Below, piece by piece: positions 26,490 through 34,500 of a DNA stretch of 39,365 nt. A program made the translations under genes and the position numbers. The stretch spans positions 124,261 to 163,625 of the forward strand of contig JAWCMA010000001.1 in assembly GCA_038850285.1 (NCBI GenBank), read 5' to 3'. A model generated the notes under the pieces. It searched no databases. It worked only from the letters and a program-made list of their open reading frames with translations, and was not told the DNA's origin. The number at the start of each line of letters is the position of its first letter. The first letter of the stretch is position 1. Origin of the DNA: Methanocellales archaeon (GTDB taxonomy: Archaea; Halobacteriota; JAWCLZ01).

Positions 26490-27143
26490 ATGCAGAAACT
26501 ATTTCCTTTAATTTTAAATTTTGAGGATAAAAAAGTAGTGATATTCGGCGGGGGAAAAGTGGGGGAGCGAAAAGCAAAGTTCTTTTCAAAGCTGGCTCGA
26601 GTTTCAATAGTTAGCAGAGAATTCACACCCAGTATTAAAAAAATGGCTAAAAATGGCACTGTTGAATTAATTCAAGTAGACCTATCGAGGAATAATATTG
26701 AAGAGCTGGAAGGGCTAGTTAAAGATGCATTTCTCGTGATCGCCGCCACTAATGATTCTAAGATCAATGATGAAGTTGAGGAAATTGCAAATAAATATAA
26801 TAAGCTGTTGAATAAAGTGGATGATCCTGAAACTCAGGTTTTGATCCCAGCTATAGTTAAAAAAGGGGACATCTTCATTGCCATAAGCACTCTGGGAAAA
26901 AGTCCAGCTATGGCTAAATATCTGAGGAAAATGCTTCAGCAGCAGATCACACTTAAGCACGCGAGAATGGTTAAGCTGCAGACTATAATTAGAAGTATAT
27001 TAAAGCAGAAAAAAGGGGATCAAAAGAGCAGGGGGAAAATTTTAAACAGCATTTTGAAAGACCGAGAGATATGGCTAGCTCTAGAGAAGAGCTATAAGAA
27101 AGCTTTAGATCTAGCGCTTGAGCGCTATATTGAAAAATATTGA
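26490..27143 (+). CDS. sirC: Precorrin-2 dehydrogenase / sirohydrochlorin ferrochelatase (SirC/Met8-like)
   Basis: FPLILN, VVIFGGGKVGERK, LVIAATND..IN, NKVD, AISTLGKSPAMAKYLR. Confidence 0.9.
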   Translation: MQKLFPLILNFEDKKVVIFGGGKVGERKAKFFSKLARVSIVSREFTPSIKKMAKNGTVELIQVDLSRNNIEELEGLVKDAFLVIAATNDSKINDEVEEIANKYNKLLNKVDDPETQVLIPAIVKKGDIFIAISTLGKSPAMAKYLRKMLQQQITLKHARMVKLQTIIRSILKQKKGDQKSRGKILNSILKDREIWLALEKSYKKALDLALERYIEKY

Positions 27144-27197
27144 AAAGAATTAACTATCATTAGAATAATGTATATTTGTAATTTTAATGGAATTGTA

Positions 27198-28463
27198 ATG
27201 AAGCAAATAACCAGCATGATAATAACCCATAGGAAAGCAAGCTTGGATATAATTGAGAGAGCTTGGCATAGAGATGTGCCCTCTTTTCTGCGGAGAATTC
27301 AATCATTTGATGGTATAGAGGAGTGCTTCGTTATTCAAACCTGCAATAGAGTGGAGCTATATATCGTGGCAAAAGCTGGTGAAGCTATTTTAAAGAGAAT
27401 TGCTGAAGAAATGCACGTTCCAGATCAAGTCGTAGTTTTTCATAATCATGAGCAATCAATTTGCCATCTAATGCGCTTAGCATGCGGACTTGAGTCAATG
27501 ATTGTGGGAGAGGATCAAATTCTCGGTCAATTGAAGGATTTCTATGAACTCGCGAGGAAAGCAGGTACTATTGGAAGGGTGCTTTCAGCTGTGCTTGATA
27601 AAGCGATTGCAGTTGGAAAGCGCGCGAGAAGAGAAACAGGGATAAATAAGGGAGCGGTTTCCATAGGTTCAGCTGCGGTTGAACTTGCAGAAAAGCTACT
27701 AGGGAGCCTGGAGGGTAAAACGCTTTTGATAATAGGCGCAGGGGAAATGGCGAGTTTAACAGCGAGAGCAGTTGCTTCTAGAAATCTAAAGCAGTTTTTT
27801 ATAGCGAGTAGAACATTGGAAAAGGCTGAGCGTTTAGCAAGAGAATTTAAGGCAATTTCAGTTGAATTTTCAGATGTTCCCAAATTTCTATTTGAATCTG
27901 AAGTGGTTATATGCGCTACAAGTGCGCCTCATCACATAATCACGCCCAAAGTTATTCCAAGGGAGAAGCAATTGCTAATAATAGATCTAGGTACTCCTAG
28001 GAATGTAGCCCCTGAAGTGGGCAAGCTATCAAATGTCGAGCTGCATAACATAGATAGCCTAAGAGCTATAAGTGAGAGAAATTTAGAGAGTCGGAGGATT
28101 GAAGCATTTAAGGTTGAGGGGATAATTGAAGTTGAAATTAGCGCTTTAGAGAAGCAATTGAAGCAGCAGTTGGCAGAGGGAGTAATAGCAGCGCTTTATC
28201 AAAGAGCAGAAGAAATTCGAAAGCGAGAACTTGAGAAAGCAATTCATAAGCTAGGGAATAGAATGAACGCGGAGGAGAGAGAGATCCTTGAAGCTCTCAC
28301 GAATTCGATAGTTAGCAAAATTTTAGTTGAACCAACTAGGGTATTGAGAAGTGCGGCTCTCAATGATGATAAGCAGTTCATAGAAAATATTGAAAGGCTA
28401 TTCAATTTAGGTGGGAATAATGGGATTTCCAAGCGTAAGAATGCGGAGATTGAGAAAACCTAA
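27198..28463 (+). CDS. hemA: Glutamyl-tRNA reductase
   Basis: QTCNRVE, GLESMIVGEDQILGQ, AVSIGSAAVELA, IGAGEMA, ATSAPH, DLGTPRNV; start 27198 preferred. Confidence 0.96.
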   Translation: MKQITSMIITHRKASLDIIERAWHRDVPSFLRRIQSFDGIEECFVIQTCNRVELYIVAKAGEAILKRIAEEMHVPDQVVVFHNHEQSICHLMRLACGLESMIVGEDQILGQLKDFYELARKAGTIGRVLSAVLDKAIAVGKRARRETGINKGAVSIGSAAVELAEKLLGSLEGKTLLIIGAGEMASLTARAVASRNLKQFFIASRTLEKAERLAREFKAISVEFSDVPKFLFESEVVICATSAPHHIITPKVIPREKQLLIIDLGTPRNVAPEVGKLSNVELHNIDSLRAISERNLESRRIEAFKVEGIIEVEISALEKQLKQQLAEGVIAALYQRAEEIRKRELEKAIHKLGNRMNAEEREILEALTNSIVSKILVEPTRVLRSAALNDDKQFIENIERLFNLGGNNGISKRKNAEIEKT

Positions 28464-29409
28464 AGTGCGAAAAATGGTTAGGGAGACGCAGCTCGCTATA
28501 GAGGATTTAATTTACCCTATATTTGTGGATGAGCGAGCAAATAGAGCTGTGCCAATCCCATCGATGCCTGGGCAGAGTCGAATTCCATTGAATGCTTTGA
28601 AAAAAGAAATGGAGATAATAGTGGGACTTGGGATACCCGCGGTTATTTTATTTGGCATACCTGCGAGGAAAGACGAGCTTGGCAGGGAAGCTTATAATAG
28701 TCGAGGTATAGTGCAAAGCGCTACTCGCTCGATCAAGCAAGACTTTGATGAAATATTAGTGATAACTGATCTCTGCCTCTGTGAGTATACCTCTCACGGC
28801 CACTGCGGCTTAGTTGATGACAAAACCAAAGCGATTTTAAATGATCCCACGCTTGAAGTTCTAGGTAAAATAGCGGTGAGTCAAGCTGAAGCTGGAGCTG
28901 ATGTTATAGCACCGAGTGGTATGATAGATGGCATGGTACAAGCTATTCGCAGTGCCCTTGATGACGCTGGTTTTGAAGATACTCTTATCTTGTCCTATGC
29001 TGCGAAGTATCACTCCAATTTCTACTCTCCATTTCGAGAGGCCGCTGAGAGTGGCTATGCCTTTGGGGATCGCTCCACCTATCAAATGGATTTTGCCAAT
29101 AGCGATGAAGCCCTTCGCGAGGTAGCACTTGACTTAGAGGAAGGTGCTGATATAGTTATGGTGAAGCCCGCGCTTGCCTACTTGGATATAATTTATAGAG
29201 TGAAGCAGGAATTCAAAGTGCCTGTTGCAGCTTACAACGTAAGCGGGGAGTACTCAATGATTAAAGCAGCTGGTGAAAAAAGCTGGCTCAATGAGCAAGC
29301 GATCATGCTCGAGGTATTAACTGCTATAAAACGTGCAGGTGCAGATATGATTCTCACCTACTTCGCTAAAGAAATGGCTAGGATATTGAGAACCAGGGGA
29401 AAGGATTGA
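28420..29409 (+). CDS. hemB: Porphobilinogen synthase (ALA dehydratase, Zn type)
   Basis: RMRRLR, DLCLCEYTSHGHCG, APSGMIDG, YAAKY.S.FYSPFREAA, MVKPALAYLD, AYNVSGEYSM. Confidence 0.97.
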   Translation: MGFPSVRMRRLRKPKVRKMVRETQLAIEDLIYPIFVDERANRAVPIPSMPGQSRIPLNALKKEMEIIVGLGIPAVILFGIPARKDELGREAYNSRGIVQSATRSIKQDFDEILVITDLCLCEYTSHGHCGLVDDKTKAILNDPTLEVLGKIAVSQAEAGADVIAPSGMIDGMVQAIRSALDDAGFEDTLILSYAAKYHSNFYSPFREAAESGYAFGDRSTYQMDFANSDEALREVALDLEEGADIVMVKPALAYLDIIYRVKQEFKVPVAAYNVSGEYSMIKAAGEKSWLNEQAIMLEVLTAIKRAGADMILTYFAKEMARILRTRGKD

Positions 29410-29459
29410 CACTTTCCATCGCACTAAGCACGTATTCCTTTGCGGTTGCTTATCTGTTG

Positions 29460-29635
29460 AGATAAAGAATATATGTTCAGAGAACAAGAAAGCGATTGTA
29501 TATTGTTTGTTCTCACGCTAGGGGAACAGCAAACCTGAAAGCAACATTGATATTCTTATTTTAACAAAAACATTGACAGAAAAATTGGAGAAGAGGAGAA
29601 ACATTGAAGTTCAAGTGAATGACAGCAAAATTTAA
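29460..29635 (+). pseudogene. Decayed minimal nucleotidyltransferase (MNT/pol-beta-like) fragment; boundaries approximate
   Basis: Restoring two 1-nt deletions over 29500-29570 gives ILF(G)SHARGTA(K)PESNIDILILTK, matching the hhFGSxARG...SDhDh motif; stops in each frame. Confidence 0.65.
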
Positions 29636-29650
29636 TATCTCTAGTGAGGC

Positions 29651-29700
29651 ATTCTAAATACCGATAAATATTTAAATAATCGGTATTCTAAATACTGATA
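29651..29700 (+). promoter_or_regulatory. TATA box embedded in three operator-like half-sites
   Basis: AATACCGAT (29657-65), TTTAAATA (29671-78), ATCGGTATT (29679-87), AATACTGAT (29691-99), then ATG at 29701. Confidence 0.6.
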
Positions 29701-31050
29701 ATGGAGTTAGACATTTTATTATTGAGAAACCCATGGTGGAAGGGGAAAGAAAATTTCGATGAAGATGAAGACTACAGAAAATGGGTATCGAGAAAGATTA
29801 AATGGGTACCTGAGCTTACAAGAGAAATTGCCTTGGAACCATTCTCCCTTCATTTTATTGTAGGAGCAAGACAAGTTGGCAAAACAACAGCGATCAAACT
29901 TCTTATTAAAGATATGCTGGAACTGGAAAAGGTTAACCCAAAATCAATATTTTACTTCAGGTGCGATGAAATAAGCGATTACAAAGAGCTGAAGGATTTA
30001 TTGAGTAGCTACTTAGAGTTGAGAGATAGCTGGAAAATAGATAAATCCTATATTTTTCTAGATGAAGTATCATTCCCGAAGGAATGGTATAGGACGGTAA
30101 AGTCGATGATAGATGATGGTATGTTTAAAAATGATGTTTTGATATTGACTGCATCTACTAGCATCAAAATTAAAAAGGAAACGGAATATTTTCCTGGAAG
30201 AAGGGGGAAAGGAAGAGATTTTGTAGTTAGACCGTTAAGCTTCCGCGAATTCATTAAAACTATCGATCCAGACCTATACTCGAAACTACCTCAAAGAATG
30301 AAGATTTTTAACAGTAAAGAAATAGAAGAAAAAGCTTTAAAGGCAAGTATTTTCCTATCTGAGCTAAATAAACTACTCTTCACTTATTTCGAGGTCGGCG
30401 GTTTTCCTTTATCAATTAACTCTTATTTTGAAAGTGGATATATGAAACCTGATGTAAAAGAAATTTATTTATCCTGGATCAAGAACGATTTAATAAAAAT
30501 TGGAAAAAGCATCAATACAGCAAGAGAAGTAATAAAGACTTTACTAATAAAAATCCCCAGCACTATCAGTTGGGAGACAATTGCAAAAGAAACTTCGATC
30601 AAATCGCCAAAAACCGTTAATTCATATCTTCACACGTTTTCAGACATGTTTACTTGCATCATAAGTTACTTCTTGGATCCGAGTACTGCAACGATAAAAT
30701 TTGCAAAGAATAAAAAAGTTTATTTACAAGATCCATTACTTCTATCTATTTTCGAGGATTGGTGTTTAATTAAAATAAAAGAAAAAGAACCAGTAGTGGC
30801 AGAAAGCGTTTTAGCATCCCACTTAGCTAGAGTTTTTAATGAAGTTTATCACTGGAAGAATAGAACAGAAATAGATTGCGTTGTGAGAGACATCGAAAAA
30901 GTCATAGGGTTTGAATGTAAATGGAAAGAAAAAATAGAGAAAAGGAAGATTATCCTCGGTAAGTTAAAAGAAATCTACATCCTATCTAAAAAAGAACTAG
31001 ATGTGAAAAATAAGATAATTCCCCTATCCGTGTTTCTTGCATTAATTTGA
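29701..31050 (+). CDS. AAA_14 ATPase with wHTH and DUF4143/PD-(D/E)XK-like C-terminus
   Basis: NPWW start, GARQVGKTT, YIFLDEV, LTASTS, PGRRG, PLSFREF, GGFP, KKVYLQDP, EIDCV...GFECKW. Confidence 0.88.
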   Translation: MELDILLLRNPWWKGKENFDEDEDYRKWVSRKIKWVPELTREIALEPFSLHFIVGARQVGKTTAIKLLIKDMLELEKVNPKSIFYFRCDEISDYKELKDLLSSYLELRDSWKIDKSYIFLDEVSFPKEWYRTVKSMIDDGMFKNDVLILTASTSIKIKKETEYFPGRRGKGRDFVVRPLSFREFIKTIDPDLYSKLPQRMKIFNSKEIEEKALKASIFLSELNKLLFTYFEVGGFPLSINSYFESGYMKPDVKEIYLSWIKNDLIKIGKSINTAREVIKTLLIKIPSTISWETIAKETSIKSPKTVNSYLHTFSDMFTCIISYFLDPSTATIKFAKNKKVYLQDPLLLSIFEDWCLIKIKEKEPVVAESVLASHLARVFNEVYHWKNRTEIDCVVRDIEKVIGFECKWKEKIEKRKIILGKLKEIYILSKKELDVKNKIIPLSVFLALI

Positions 31051-31580
31051 GTTTAATAACTGCTGATTCAAAATGTTATCTACAGATTTTGTCATTGGGT
31101 GTGAATAGAAGACCATACAGATGAGTAGGAGGATGTCAGATCTGAAATCTGAATTTAACTCCTCGATTTCCAAGCTGGTCAAATTTTATCATTTGAATTT
31201 CAAATCTTTCCACGCAGGCATAGTGCCATTTAGCACTCAATTTTGATTTCTTTAATCTTTAATCTTTAACTCAGTAATACCCAAGGGTCAATGATTAATT
31301 CGAGTTCGCATATTCCTTCAAAGCAATTGCTATCGCGAGCCGAACTTTGAAATGATTATAATGATGATAAGTAAATTTATATGGTAATATTTAAATACTT
31401 TTAAAGATTTTTTTTCTAATGGGACCTAGTATTAGGAGAAAAACGGTTTAGGAACTCGAAGCTATTTCTCCAATAGGCGAGAGGAGAAATCTTTGCAACT
31501 AATCTGTTTTTTTTCCTAATCCTCGGTTAGATAAGAAGGAGGGATGCATCTTTAAGAAACTAAAACTTTTTTCTATAATT

Positions 31581-34500
31581 ATGGTTATACTCATCTTGCT
31601 CGCGCCGCAGTGGGTGGAATTGGCGAGTGCTGGTATATGTCAGTGTAACCATGGGTTTGTATGGAGTAGCCTTGAGGGAAAATGTATATTGCCATATTGG
31701 GTAACTGGAGATAGACCGGGGATGGTGGAGTGCAATTCTGAGTTGCAAACTGCAACATCTGATCCTGTGATAATCACTAGTGGAAATTTGATTTTGAAAT
31801 ACCGCGATTTGTATATTCCGAATGCTCGTGGGCCTAGTATTTCTATAGAAAGGTCATATAATAGCCAGAGCATAAAAGGCAGTTCTTTTGGGTATGGGTG
31901 GAATTTTAACTATGAAATGTTTTTAACGGAGTTTTATAGCAATGAGACCGTGGAATTAAAGGATGAGGAAGGTAATGTAATCGATACCATCAATATAACC
32001 ATAATTAAAGGAATCTCAATAACACAAGATCACGGAAGAGAAGACATATTTCTACCCTCTCCTTCTCCAAATAAATTCCTACCGCCTGCGGGTGTTTATG
32101 ATACATTGGAAAGACTCGAATTCCATCCAAAGGGCTATTTATATGTTCTGATGAAGCCTGATGGAACCAAATATTTTTTTGATGAAAAGCGAAGGCTTAG
32201 CAAGATCGAGGATAGAAATGGCGGCTATCTGGATTTTGAATATCCGCTTAGCTATACAGGATACGACTTTTTGCCAATTAAAATTAGTGACAATTCTGGG
32301 CACAGCATCAAAATTACCTATGAAGACTACAAAATAAAAACAATCTTTGTTCCAGGAGGTATTAGTTTCCCAGAAGGTAGAACAATCATTTACAACTACG
32401 AGGGGGCAAAGCTGAAAAGCGTAACAGATGCAGAAGGCAATACCGAGTCTTATGATTATCATCCTACTTATTCAACGTTGGTCAAAAGAACTCTCCCAAT
32501 GGGAGGGAGCTATGATTACACCTATGAATTTGCCAACTATTACGGCAGAGTTGTGCCTAAGTTGATTTCACAAAGGGATCCGGAGGGAAATGTTAAATCT
32601 TATTTTTATGACTGGGAAAGCAAGCCGATGAAGACCACGATCACTGATAATAGAATGGCATTGGGACATGAGTCAGAAACCAAGTCGGAAACAAGATATT
32701 ACAACTCTCCAGGTAGCAATGTGATTAAAATTACTAATGCACTTGGTCAATCGGAAACATATGACTGGGATGAGAATTATAATATGCGGGAATTAACAGA
32801 TCCCTTTGGAGAAAAACAGAGTGGAACTAGAGATAGTGGGGATAGACTTATCGAAAAAATCGATCAGCTCAATAGAAAACTTGAAAATGAATTTGATAAA
32901 TTTGGGCAAATCAAAAAGCAATCAAGAATTGTTAATAACACTGTTGTTACAAGCGTCTCCTACGGCTACGATGATTCAGGGAATTTAGCAAATATAACTG
33001 ATGGGGATGGAAATACACATTCATTTACATATAATAAATATGGTCAACCTACCCTCATAGTGGATGCTGAAGGTCACAAGACAACATTTGAATATTACGA
33101 TGATATAGGCTATCTCAAGAAGGTGACAGATGAGCTTGGAAATACAATAAGCTACACGTACGACGAGGTTGGAAATATCCTTTCTGAAACAAGAGCGAGC
33201 GCTGATGGAAGTCAGAGTGCAATTATCAGATATGAGTACAACAAGAACAGTGCGGTGACGAAGATAACTGATCCTGCGGGCAGGGTAACGACTTATTCTT
33301 ACAATCGCAATGGATACCTCGAGCGAGAAATCAATGTCTACAAGGGTGTAACGAATTACATATATTATAAGAATAATTTGCTGAAATCCATCGAGAAGCC
33401 GTCAGGGAGAATAGTAACTTATACTTACTACGCTGATGGTTTTACCAAGACCATAACAGAAGGAGATGGGATCGACGATAGAACGACAAGCTATGAGTAT
33501 GACGATTCAGGGAGAATAACGAAGATCATAAATCCCGATGGAGGCAATGTTACATACATTTATGATCCGCTTACTAACAAGGTAACCTCAATAGACCCCA
33601 TGGGTAATCCAACAATTTACTTATATGATGAAATTGGAAGGGAAATTGAAGTCATTGATGCATATGGAAATTCTACGAAAACTATCTACGATGACGAGCA
33701 TCTTAAAAAAATCGTGATTGACAAACTAGGGTATAAAACAACGTATTCGTATAATAAAATGTTCCTGCTCTCGGCTATCGAGGACGCTCTTGGGAATCAA
33801 GAGACGTTGGCATACGATAAGCTTGGCAACTTGAGATTTGTTAAAGAAAAGGATGGAAATGTCACTGAATATGTTTACGACCCACTCGATAGGGTAAAAT
33901 GGGTCAAAGATCCGCTTGGTAACAAGCTCGTATATGACTATGACTATTTGGGCAACATTATTGCTGTAAAAGATGAAAATGGGAATATTTACCGGATGGG
34001 ATACGACTCAGCAGGTAGAATTACTTATGCAATGGATCCCATGGGCAATAGAGAAATATATACTTATGATGATGAGGAAAATATGGTAACAGTAACGGAT
34101 GCCAGAGGGCATGCTACAAATCGCTACTTTGACACTTCAGGCAGATTGTATAAAGTAGTAGAGTACGTTGGTTCTAAGGAAATAAACACGCTATTTTATT
34201 ACGATGTTTTTGACAATGTAAAATCGATTTCAATCTACAACGGAAAAGAAACGGCTTACTATGATTATGATAAAATGGATCGTCTAGTTTTGGTTAACCA
34301 GAGCCACATCACCATGACTTACAGCTATGATAAAAATGGAAATTTATTAGAAATTAAGGGCATGAATGGAGTTACAACCCACGAGTACGACAGGCTGAAT
34401 AGAATAATTAAAACTCATTATCCCGACGGAAGCAATGAAACTATAATATATGATGCTAATAATAATAAAATAAAAATAATAGATGTAACAGGGCGAGGAA

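Noticed and set aside
29398-29420. GGAAAG...CTTTCC hairpin at the hemB stop as a terminator or att site
   Set aside because: Only 6 bp, no U-tract, and no second copy seen in the window.
31051-31530. About 480-bp spacer before Rhs as ncRNA, IS scar or immunity gene
   Set aside because: No convincing ORF, terminal inverted repeats or stable structure seen; only TATA-like elements near 31375-31405.
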